This document shows positions 20,506 through 28,680 of a DNA stretch of 64,000 nt, one piece after another. Each line of letters opens with the position of its first letter. Within the stretch, counting starts at the first letter, position 1. The stretch is from Vicinamibacterales bacterium (GTDB lineage Bacteria; Acidobacteriota; Vicinamibacteria; Vicinamibacterales; JAMQPK01): the NCBI GenBank assembly GCA_023717525.1, contig JAMQPK010000220.1, positions 8,604 through 72,603 on the forward strand. Direction: 5' to 3'. The notes below the pieces were generated by a model. It did no database searches, was not told where the DNA came from, and saw nothing but the letters and a program-made list of their open reading frames with translations. Made by a program: the position numbers and the translations under genes.

Positions 20506-21780
20506 TTACCACCAGGGCGCGAAATAGGCGGGCAGTCCTTTTTTCGTGGCGTGAAGAATCTGGACGATGGCGAGGCGATCGCTCTCGGAGAGTCGCGCGT
20601 ATTTCTGCTCTCCGTCCCTGCCGCTGAGCACCTGCCACATTCTCGCGTAGATCGCTTCGCGCGCTTGTGCCGGCAGCCCGTCGAAGACGGGAGAGTAGAT
20701 CATGTAGCTGCAGGGGTACTTCAGCAGGCGGCGCTCGAGGTCAAGCTGTCGCAGCGAACGCCGCTCTCCGTCGAACGGCCCTTCCGCGGTGAATCGCTCG
20801 GCAAAGCCAGATGTGCCGGCAATCTTGCCTGGCAATGGCGCTTCGTCAATGAACAACAGGTAATCCACGATCTCTGCGACGGCTGTTTCTACAGAGAAAT
20901 GTCGAGCTCCCTTCGCCGGTTGTCTGTCGTACGCCGCGGCTCGCATTTCCCATCCCAACCGTGTCAGCAGATTCGTGATGTGGAGCTGGTGTTCCAGGAC
21001 CATCAACGCGACGATGTCGCTGTACGGAGACAGGTAAGCGGCTGTATCGAATCTTCCGCTCAGCGTTTCGAGATCTGGTTGGGGCTCTGCCGTCGGCGCC
21101 GCCGCCCTGGTCGAGAACGTGTTGCCGAGGTGCGGGAGGCCCGAGGTGCGGCCTGTAACGTACCAGCCTCCCCAGCGCTCGGCGAACGGGCTGCGATGAT
21201 CGGTGGCCAGATTTCTGGTCCAGGGCATCGCCGCTCCGTCTGCGCCGGTCGGCATGCTTCGCACCAGCATGCCGGGAACCCCGTTGGTATACAAAGAATG
21301 ATGGCAGCGCAGGCACGCCAGCGTCCGCCGGAACGAGGGTTTTTCCGATCGACGTTGATCGAGCTCGTAGAACATGGTGCCCTGGACCGGATCCTGCGTC
21401 GCGATCTCGAGGACGAAGCCGCCACGCAGCCAGCTGACTGCCGTGGAGTCGTTGAAATAGATCGCTCGAGGATTTTGCGGGCTGATCATCGCCAGCTGCG
21501 TGCTGGTCTTCGAAAACACGGCAATCTGCGAGTCGATCGGAATATCCATCGCTTTGAGCAGAGCCGGTAGATAGCCGTGCCGCTCGTCGAACGCCAGCTG
21601 CAGACTGCCGTTTTGAATCCGGCTACTCAGCCCGGCGACGGCATCGTGCGTGGGGCGCGTTGAGTACTGGATGGCAGGGTGGGCGAGCTGCTCGAAGCTC
21701 GAATCCCCCAGTTGCCCATAGGCCACACCGGCGAGGATCGACAGTCCCAGGGCGCCGACAAGGCACAGGGAGCCACGCAT
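20506..21780 (-). CDS. Exported conserved hypothetical protein with one CxxCH heme motif
   Basis: Signal peptide; VFSKTS.Q, PRAIYFND, CLRCH, ERWGGWYVTG, SDIVALMVLEHQ, YPCSYMIYS. Confidence 0.7.
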   Translation of the reverse strand: MRGSLCLVGALGLSILAGVAYGQLGDSSFEQLAHPAIQYSTRPTHDAVAGLSSRIQNGSLQLAFDERHGYLPALLKAMDIPIDSQIAVFSKTSTQLAMISPQNPRAIYFNDSTAVSWLRGGFVLEIATQDPVQGTMFYELDQRRSEKPSFRRTLACLRCHHSLYTNGVPGMLVRSMPTGADGAAMPWTRNLATDHRSPFAERWGGWYVTGRTSGLPHLGNTFSTRAAAPTAEPQPDLETLSGRFDTAAYLSPYSDIVALMVLEHQLHITNLLTRLGWEMRAAAYDRQPAKGARHFSVETAVAEIVDYLLFIDEAPLPGKIAGTSGFAERFTAEGPFDGERRSLRQLDLERRLLKYPCSYMIYSPVFDGLPAQAREAIYARMWQVLSGRDGEQKYARLSESDRLAIVQILHATKKGLPAYFAPWW

Positions 21781-21842
21781 CAGGGTTCAGCGAGGCATTA
21801 TAGATGCCTGGAGCCCGTCGCCAGAAGGAATCGCCCGAGCAG

Positions 21843-22631
21843 TCAGCGAGCGGTCTTGGCGAACGTCTGCCAGTCCGCCGCGCTGTGGACGACGAGCGAA
21901 GAGGTGACGTATTCGACCTTCCTGGGGGAATCTGGGGCGTGGACCGTTGCGGGCTCCGCAATCTTATGGATGAGCGACAGCAGTTGCGCGCTCGCCCTGA
22001 GAAAGCGGCGGTCTGCGGCGCTCAGGGCCCTGGCTGATCTGAAATCAAAACCAAAGAACCGGGCTGCGTTCGGCGTCTCGCGAAACACCGCGAGGGAGGC
22101 GGGTCCTATGGACAGGGAGGGGAACAAGCGAACCAGTTGAGTTTTGACCTGCCTTGACACGACGGAGGCCGGCTGACCCCGCCGCAACTCCGACAGGACC
22201 CACGCCAGCAGCTCGGTGAAACCGTGCGAGCCGTGGCTCGTCGCCTGGCTATTGCGCAGGAACGACTCGAGCGTGGCCACGAGCGGATCCACTGGCGGCG
22301 TCAGTTCGACCGCGAGCGCGCCTGGCAACTTGAGCTCACGATCGAACGCGCCGGCCGCGTGGTAACGCACGCCATTTTTCAGATGGGAGACGTAGCATCT
22401 CAGCAGTTGAAACGGCACGTCGATCCGCTCGGCTGAGGTGAATAGCTCGAGCGTGATGCGAGATTCGGGAAGCAGCTGAAACGGCATTTCGAGCAGGGCG
22501 CCGCCGGACGAGAGGTCGACGAGTGAAATGGCCGGGCGTTCGGGAATGCGGATGAGCGTTTGCTCTGGCAGCTCCGAAGAGGGGATGCGACGGTGCGCCC
22601 TGCGATTGGACGCGTCTTGAGCTGACTCCAC
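21843..22631 (-). CDS. PilZ-domain (c-di-GMP receptor) protein with an uncharacterised C-terminal domain
   Basis: RRAHRR (RxxxR) and DLSSGG (DxSxxG) are intact. A GTG start at 22631 with AGGA upstream is preferred over TTG 22661. Confidence 0.75.
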   Translation of the reverse strand: MESAQDASNRRAHRRIPSSELPEQTLIRIPERPAISLVDLSSGGALLEMPFQLLPESRITLELFTSAERIDVPFQLLRCYVSHLKNGVRYHAAGAFDRELKLPGALAVELTPPVDPLVATLESFLRNSQATSHGSHGFTELLAWVLSELRRGQPASVVSRQVKTQLVRLFPSLSIGPASLAVFRETPNAARFFGFDFRSARALSAADRRFLRASAQLLSLIHKIAEPATVHAPDSPRKVEYVTSSLVVHSAADWQTFAKTAR

Positions 22632-22857
22632 TATATGTTCGTCCTGGGCAGTCCTTCGCAATTTGGACGCCGCCCGTCACTGGAATGTGCCAGTCGAGCA
22701 TCTCCAACAACGACAGTGGGTTACGGCGCAGCTTCGTTTCCGCTGCGCCTGCCGTGTCCCATATCAAGAACAAGAAATTACGATGTTGTCAGTCGGCGGG
22801 CAGACAGGAAGCATTCTGCCGAAGCTGAACGAGGAGGAGGGCTGCCCGCCTGAGCGT

Positions 22858-23988
22858 CTAGGCCGCCGTGCCGCCGCCCTTCATGCCCGCGTTGAAACGC
22901 TCCAGCAGCCCGAGCACGTATGTGGCTCGCTCCGTACGCTCCGGACCCAGCACATAGATCTCGTGGGCGATGGCCTTCAGAAGCGCAATCGCCAGCGTCA
23001 GCCGCGAGATGTCCCACACGGCATTCGGATCGCTCATCACCTGCAGAAGAATTCTGAGGAACGACTCCGCTACAGCCGGATGCTTCTTGCCCAGTTCTCG
23101 AAGCTGATGGGCGCGTTCGGTGTCGTTAATCCCCTGGTCCGCGAGAAGGATGTCCAGGGCCCGCACGGCACACGCGCCTCCACCAGTGAGAAACGCCATT
23201 CGCAGGCATCCGTCGGCCTCGTCGAGAACCGCGCGGAGCGAAGGCGCAATGTGCTGGTCGAGCGTCAAAAAGCGCGGCAGACGTGGTGTGTCTGTTCCGG
23301 TTCCCACGAGTTCCTGAGCAGTCGGCATGGCGTCTTCCTCTGGTTCTGGCCCGTTAGTGAGTAGGGTTTCTACCGGCGCCTGTTCGCCGGGTTCATCGAG
23401 TTCTTCGGGTTCTTCAGGTTCCTCCATCGGGAGCCGCTCCAGCAGACGCTCGATATGCTCGAGACGCACGCCGGTGTCCTGCTCCGTGGCAAACCCGCCG
23501 CCTTCGGCAAAAAAGTTGCCTTCGTTGCGCACGTCGGCCAGCCGCTCCAGACACGCGGCCACTTCGTCGGCAAACGTTGCCGCGACGCTGTCGCCCGTCT
23601 GCCTGGCGGCGCCGACTTTCTTCAGGCCCAGCGACCCGAAGGTGCGCTTCTTCGGGGCCGGCGCCTGGTCGTCGCCGAATCGCGGAATCGACAACAGCTG
23701 CAAATGCGACGCATCGACGCCGAGCACTCGCAGGTGCTCCAGGAACCGGTCCTCGGTGCGAGGAGGCAAGAGCGGGCTGACGAGCACCAGATCGGGAATC
23801 GCATTCACCAAAGCCTTCAGTGCGGCCTCGGTGGAATTCACGACCACCAGCTTCCCGGAAATTCGGCCGTCGAGGGCCTGCTCCAGGATTGCCGCCTGCT
23901 TGGCGTCGGGCTCGACTGCGAGCACGCAGAACGTGGGCGCTGTGTCGTCTAGTTGCACGTCTTGGCGATTGGCTGCTAACGAATTCAT
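22858..23988 (-). CDS. Pseudo-receiver domain + acidic linker + degenerate DUF4145 (HEPN-like) domain
   Basis: VLAVEPD...PDLVLVSPLLP is a REC fold with Ser at the phospho-Asp position. The C-terminal IAPSLRAVLDEADGCL..ACAVRALDILL.DQG..IAHEIYVLGP resembles DUF4145. Alternative start 24048. Confidence 0.55.
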   Translation of the reverse strand: MNSLAANRQDVQLDDTAPTFCVLAVEPDAKQAAILEQALDGRISGKLVVVNSTEAALKALVNAIPDLVLVSPLLPPRTEDRFLEHLRVLGVDASHLQLLSIPRFGDDQAPAPKKRTFGSLGLKKVGAARQTGDSVAATFADEVAACLERLADVRNEGNFFAEGGGFATEQDTGVRLEHIERLLERLPMEEPEEPEELDEPGEQAPVETLLTNGPEPEEDAMPTAQELVGTGTDTPRLPRFLTLDQHIAPSLRAVLDEADGCLRMAFLTGGGACAVRALDILLADQGINDTERAHQLRELGKKHPAVAESFLRILLQVMSDPNAVWDISRLTLAIALLKAIAHEIYVLGPERTERATYVLGLLERFNAGMKGGGTAA

Positions 23989-24106
23989 GTCTGATTCCGA
24001 CGTGTCGCCGGTGTCTGCAACACTCGAAGGAGGCAATTTCGATACCAACCAATACTCTCTTTGTGAGATATCGGCCGCGCGCTAAGTATTCTTGAATGCT
24101 CGACTT

Positions 24107-24134
24107 GACGATGAACGATCGACGATCGGCGATC
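24107..24134. repeat. Degenerate heptamer tandem array (4 units)
   Basis: GACGATG AACGATC GACGATC GGCGATC. Confidence 0.6.
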
Positions 24135-24293
24135 GTCGCTGCCCTCGCGCACCGACGCTTTCGAATTTCAACTCACCTATTTGTAATTGGCGAAATCATT
24201 CTCACAATTTCAACCGTTCATGTATCGGTTCTGAAATCGCACGCACTGAACAAGTTGCGAGAATGTCCGCGCCGGCGGCCGACGGTCTCGGAA

Positions 24294-24309
24294 CGGCACA
24301 TATTCCGCA
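24294..24309 (+). promoter_or_regulatory. Putative sigma-54 promoter of the pseudokinase-PEGA operon
   Basis: CGGCACATATTCCGCA = GG-N10-GC; ATG 24322 follows the -12 C after 13 nt. Confidence 0.55.
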
Positions 24310-24321
24310 TATCCGCGAGGC

Positions 24322-26412
24322 ATGTCTCCACAGCCAGCTCCCGCTAGCGCCCCCGGGATCCTTCTTCCCGCCTTCGAAGACGGTCTCGGACGACGCTATC
24401 GTCCCGGCACACGCAGTTCCGAGACGCCGCCTGAAATTCTGTGCTTTCGCCACGAGCTGACTGATGTGCCCTCGTTTGAATTCTCGCTGCGCGAGCGCGT
24501 GGCGCGTCTTGCGGAATTCAGGCACCCCTATTTCGCCCGCATTCGCAAAGTCGATCGGCTGAGCGACGAACGCGGCACCGTGGCGCTGATGTCGGACTGC
24601 GCGCCGGGCACGCGACTCGTCGAAATTCTGGCGGCGGTCGAGCGGAGCGGTCCTGTTCTGAGCCTCGACGCCGCGCTCTCGCTCGTGCGGCAGCTGTCGT
24701 CGGCGTTGACGCTCTTGCACGATCACACGCAGGTGTCCCACGGCGCTGTCGCGGTGGAGCGTCTCATCATCACGCCGAATGCGCGCCTCTTCGTCGTCGA
24801 GCATGTGATCGGCGCGGCACTCGAGCAACTGCGGTACTCGCGCGAGCGCTACTGGAACGAACTCCGTGTGGCGCTGCCGATGTCCGTGGGTCTGCCGCAT
24901 TTCGACCAGCGTGCCGATCTGGCGCAGCTGGGCACGGTGGCGCTCTCGCTCATCCTCGGACGCCGCCTCGCGGACGACGAGTACCCAGGCGGTATCGAGG
25001 ATCTCATCGCCAGCGCCAGCGCGCGGGCGGCGGATGGCTCGCGCGAGCAATTGCCCACGGAGCTGCGTGACTGGCTCAGGCGGACGCTTCAGCTGGACAC
25101 GCGTCATTCGTACACGACACTCGCGGCTGCACAGACCGCACTCGAGCAGATGCTCTCGGCAGAGGGCAGATTCAACGCCGACGTCAGCGCGGTCGAGGAG
25201 TTTCTGACGGCGTATCAGGCTTCGCCGAAGCCCGCCGGGTCATCGATGCCCGTCGAACAGCCAGTCGCGAAGCCGAGTGTGGCGACTGTCCCGAGCGTGA
25301 TGAGGATCGAGCCGCCAAGCAGTGCGTTTAGTCCCGTTACCCAGATTGAAGAGGATGACGAGGAAGAAGAGGACGCAACCGCGGCGGACGACGAAACGGA
25401 CAGCAACGATGCGAGTGAGTGGCAGCCCGCCGCCTCGCGCAGAATGATGGCTGCCGGTTTCGTCCGCTACAAGTGGGTCGCGCTCGGGCTGGTTATCGCA
25501 CTGGCAGCCGGTGGCGCAGTGTTCGGCGCGCGTCGCATGTTCTCGGCGGCGCCCGTGGTGCCCACTGGCGCCATCACCATCGACACGAGCCCGACGGCGG
25601 GGCAGGTTGAAGTGGACGGTGTCGCTCGCGGCACGACGCCGCTGCGGCTCTCGTTGCCGGCCGGCGCCCATGTCCTGACGGTTCGCGGCGAAGGCAAGCC
25701 CCGGGTAATTCCCATCACGATCAAAGCCGATACCGAAATATCTCAGTACGTCGAGTTGCCCGCCGCGGCAGCCGCAACCGGTCAGGTGCAGATTCGCTCG
25801 GAGCCCAGCGGTGCGCGCGTGACCGTCGATGGAATTTCACACGGGATCACTCCTCTGACGGTCGCGGAGCTTGCCCCAGGCGAGCACACCGTGAAAGTCG
25901 ACAGCGACGTCGCTACGGTCACTCAGGCCGTCGTGATCGAGGCCGGGATTACGGCGTCGCTGGTGGTGCCGATGTCGGCCACGCAGGTTGGTCCGGCATC
26001 GGGTTGGGTGTCAATTTCCGCTCCGTTTGCGATGGATCTGTATGAACAAGGACGGATGCTCGGCAACAGCGGCATCGATCGCATCATGATGGCCGCCGGG
26101 AAGCACGACATCGAAATCTCGAACGAACCGCTCGGTTTCCGCGAGATGCGCACCGTGCAGGTGACGCCGGGCAAACTGACGGTCATCAGCGTGACGCTGC
26201 CAAAGGGCACGTTGTCACTGAACGCTGTCCCCTGGGCAAACGTGGTGATCGATGGAGAAAGCGTCGGGGAGACGCCAATCGGGAACCTGTCGCTTCCGAT
26301 CGGACCACACGAAGTCGTGTTTAGAAATCCGCAACTTGGAGAGCAGCGACGCGTGATCGTCGTCAACGCGACCTCGCCGGTGCGCTTCAGTATCGACATG
26401 GCGAAAAAATGA
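24322..26412 (+). CDS. Membrane-spanning Ser/Thr pseudokinase with C-terminal PEGA domains
   Basis: Hanks-kinase scaffold (RLAEFRHP..., QLSSALTLLH, DQRADLAQLG) but HRDxKxxN reads HGAVAVER and DFG reads EHV. Followed by an acidic linker, a TM helix and repeated (S.P.GA.V.VDG...G.TP....L..G.H) PEGA units. Confidence 0.8.
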   Translation: MSPQPAPASAPGILLPAFEDGLGRRYRPGTRSSETPPEILCFRHELTDVPSFEFSLRERVARLAEFRHPYFARIRKVDRLSDERGTVALMSDCAPGTRLVEILAAVERSGPVLSLDAALSLVRQLSSALTLLHDHTQVSHGAVAVERLIITPNARLFVVEHVIGAALEQLRYSRERYWNELRVALPMSVGLPHFDQRADLAQLGTVALSLILGRRLADDEYPGGIEDLIASASARAADGSREQLPTELRDWLRRTLQLDTRHSYTTLAAAQTALEQMLSAEGRFNADVSAVEEFLTAYQASPKPAGSSMPVEQPVAKPSVATVPSVMRIEPPSSAFSPVTQIEEDDEEEEDATAADDETDSNDASEWQPAASRRMMAAGFVRYKWVALGLVIALAAGGAVFGARRMFSAAPVVPTGAITIDTSPTAGQVEVDGVARGTTPLRLSLPAGAHVLTVRGEGKPRVIPITIKADTEISQYVELPAAAAATGQVQIRSEPSGARVTVDGISHGITPLTVAELAPGEHTVKVDSDVATVTQAVVIEAGITASLVVPMSATQVGPASGWVSISAPFAMDLYEQGRMLGNSGIDRIMMAAGKHDIEISNEPLGFREMRTVQVTPGKLTVISVTLPKGTLSLNAVPWANVVIDGESVGETPIGNLSLPIGPHEVVFRNPQLGEQRRVIVVNATSPVRFSIDMAKK

Positions 26413-27320
26413 AGACCACAATCATTCGTTCGGCCGTTCTCGCCGCTGTGCTTCTCGCAGGACTGTTGATGCCCCGGGGCGCATCCGCCCAGGACAGCAT
26501 CGCGGTGGCGCGAGACCTCTATGCATCGGCGGCGTATGAGGACGCGCTGGCCGTCCTCAGCAGAATCGACCCGAGCGCCCGTCCAGATCGCCTCGCGGTG
26601 AATCAGTACAAGTCGTTCTGTCTTGTTGCACTAAGGCGCACGGCGGAGGCCGAGCAGGCGATCGAGGCCGTGCTTTCGGACGAGCCTTCGTATAACCCCT
26701 CGGTCAGCGACGCATCGCCTCGGCTGCTCTCGATGTTTGCCAGCGTTCGGCAGCGTGTCCTGCCGTCGATTGCGCAGCAGCGCTACGCCCATGCGAAGGC
26801 CGCCTTCGATCGCGGGGAATTTGCCGTAGCCGCGGCCGAGTTCGACCAGGTGCTGAAGGTTCTCGAAGATGTCGATCTTGCCGAAGCTGCCCGGCGCCCG
26901 CCGTTGTCTGATATTCGCACCCTGACGGTCGGGTTTCGCGACCTGAGCGCCCGTGCGGCAGCCCCGCCGCCTCCTCCTGCGGCTCCGCCCGTTGAAGTGC
27001 CCGTGGCTCCGCCCCCGGCTGTCGCGGTTCCCTTGCGCGTCTACAACACGGGCGAATTGAATGTCATGCCACCGGCCATCCTTCGTCAGGATCTGCCGTC
27101 CCTGCCCCGCGATGTCGTCTTTCGCGGACAAGGCGTGCTCGAAGTCGTCATCAACGAAGCCGGCCTGGTTGAATCGGCCACGATGAGGACGCCGATTGAT
27201 CCGCGCTACGACCGCCTGGTTTTGGCGGCAACGAGAAACTGGAAGTACGAGCCCGCCACCGTCGTCGGAAAGCCGGTGAAGTTTCGAAAAATCATCGGCG
27301 TGAGGACAAAATCAGACTAG
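26409..27320 (+). CDS. Exported TPR/helical protein with Pro-rich linker and TonB C-terminal domain
   Basis: Signal peptide ending ASAQ; ARDLYASAAYEDAL helical repeats; PPPPP linker; G.LEVVINEAGLV...YDRLVLAATRNWKYEPA...GKPV. Confidence 0.8.
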   Translation: MKTTIIRSAVLAAVLLAGLLMPRGASAQDSIAVARDLYASAAYEDALAVLSRIDPSARPDRLAVNQYKSFCLVALRRTAEAEQAIEAVLSDEPSYNPSVSDASPRLLSMFASVRQRVLPSIAQQRYAHAKAAFDRGEFAVAAAEFDQVLKVLEDVDLAEAARRPPLSDIRTLTVGFRDLSARAAAPPPPPAAPPVEVPVAPPPAVAVPLRVYNTGELNVMPPAILRQDLPSLPRDVVFRGQGVLEVVINEAGLVESATMRTPIDPRYDRLVLAATRNWKYEPATVVGKPVKFRKIIGVRTKSD

Positions 27321-28639
27321 GCGAGCCGTTTCCAGAGGTGGTGGATCGGAAATCCCGCCGCGGCGATCGCCAGGCCGTAGAGCGGCGAGTAGTTGCCGAC
27401 CGCAATCTCGCCCCAGAGGATCGCGGCTAGCCCGATCGCTGTTCCTACGACGAAGCAGAGCGGCACCCACGGATAAGCTGGGGTTCTGTACGGTCTTGCC
27501 GCATCCGGCATCGTGCGTCGCAGTACGAAAACCGCCGCCACCGCCGCAATGAGCGCTGTCCATTCGACCACCACGAAGAACGTCGTCAGCGTGTCGAAGT
27601 CTCTCAGCACAAAGATCATGGCGATCGCCGCGGTGCCCTGAACCAGCAGCGCCGCCCAGGGCGTGGCCCAGCGGGGATGTACGTTTCCCAGAAACGAAAA
27701 CGTCAAGCCATCACGGGCCATCGCATAGGCGACACGTGGCTTGGCGAGAAAGCCACCATTCAGTGCACCGAACACGCTCGTCATGATGGCAAGCAGGATG
27801 AGCGTCCCGCTGAACGGGCCGGCGATCGACGTCATCACCGTGCGCGCGATGGCTTCCTTCTGCTGCGCCATCACATCGACCGGCATCATGTAGAAGTAGG
27901 CCAGGTTGGCGCCTATATAGAGCGTGACGATCGCCAGCATCCCGGCGATGATGATCCGTTTCATCAGCCGCTCAGGAGCGATGACCTCTCCGGCGATCAT
28001 GCTGACGGCGATCCAGCCGTCGTAGGTGAAGATCACCGAAGCCATTGCGCGGCCGAGGCCTTCACCCTGCACGGGCCCACCGGTGATCAGGTTGGACGCG
28101 CTGCCGTGTCCCAGCAGAAATGCCCCACCGATAATCGCCACGAGCGCGGTCACCTTGATCGCCGTGCACACACTGCCGACCGCGGCACCCACCTGAGCGC
28201 CGAGCAGATTGACGACCGTCAGCGTGACGAGGGCGGTGATGGCAATGCCCTGGACAGCGAACGGTCCCGGGCTGGTACCAAGCAGGTTCAGCAGAAATTC
28301 TGCGAAAACAATCGAGAGCGCGGCAGCGTTGGCTGGGGTCGTCACGACGACGTAGAGCCAGCCGAAGACGAACGCGGCCGCGTCGCCATAGGCCTCGCGG
28401 AGGAAAACGTAGACACCGCCGGGACGCGGCAATAGCGAACTGAGCTCTGCCACTGTAAGCGCGCCGCAGGTGCTAATCAGCCCAAAGGCCGTCCATAGGC
28501 CCATGATGACGAGCGGGTTCGGAACGAGGCCCGCAATGGTGGGAGGTTTACGGAAGATACCGCTGCCTATCGTGATGCCGACGATAAGGGCCGTTCCGCC
28601 CCAGAACCCGATGACTCTCCGGAGGTCTGTTCCCGTCAT
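27317..28639 (-). CDS. APC-family amino acid permease
   Basis: LRRVIG, IGSGIFRKP, AELSS..PRPGGVYVFLREAYG, FTYDGW, PRVAYAMARDG, RPYRTPAYP. Confidence 0.92.
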   Translation of the reverse strand: MTGTDLRRVIGFWGGTALIVGITIGSGIFRKPPTIAGLVPNPLVIMGLWTAFGLISTCGALTVAELSSLLPRPGGVYVFLREAYGDAAAFVFGWLYVVVTTPANAAALSIVFAEFLLNLLGTSPGPFAVQGIAITALVTLTVVNLLGAQVGAAVGSVCTAIKVTALVAIIGGAFLLGHGSASNLITGGPVQGEGLGRAMASVIFTYDGWIAVSMIAGEVIAPERLMKRIIIAGMLAIVTLYIGANLAYFYMMPVDVMAQQKEAIARTVMTSIAGPFSGTLILLAIMTSVFGALNGGFLAKPRVAYAMARDGLTFSFLGNVHPRWATPWAALLVQGTAAIAMIFVLRDFDTLTTFFVVVEWTALIAAVAAVFVLRRTMPDAARPYRTPAYPWVPLCFVVGTAIGLAAILWGEIAVGNYSPLYGLAIAAAGFPIHHLWKRLA

Positions 28640-28680
28640 GAAATTGGAGTATATTCGCGCCTCAAACCAAGGAGGGCCTC

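Noticed and set aside
22858-23988. Toxin-antitoxin or anti-phage HEPN system
   Set aside because: The RNase motif is absent, there is no nucleotidyltransferase/antitoxin partner, and no defence-island context.
25345-25400. GAR/GAY-rich purine tract
   Set aside because: It encodes the acidic linker (EEDDEEEED) of the pseudokinase; not an independent element.
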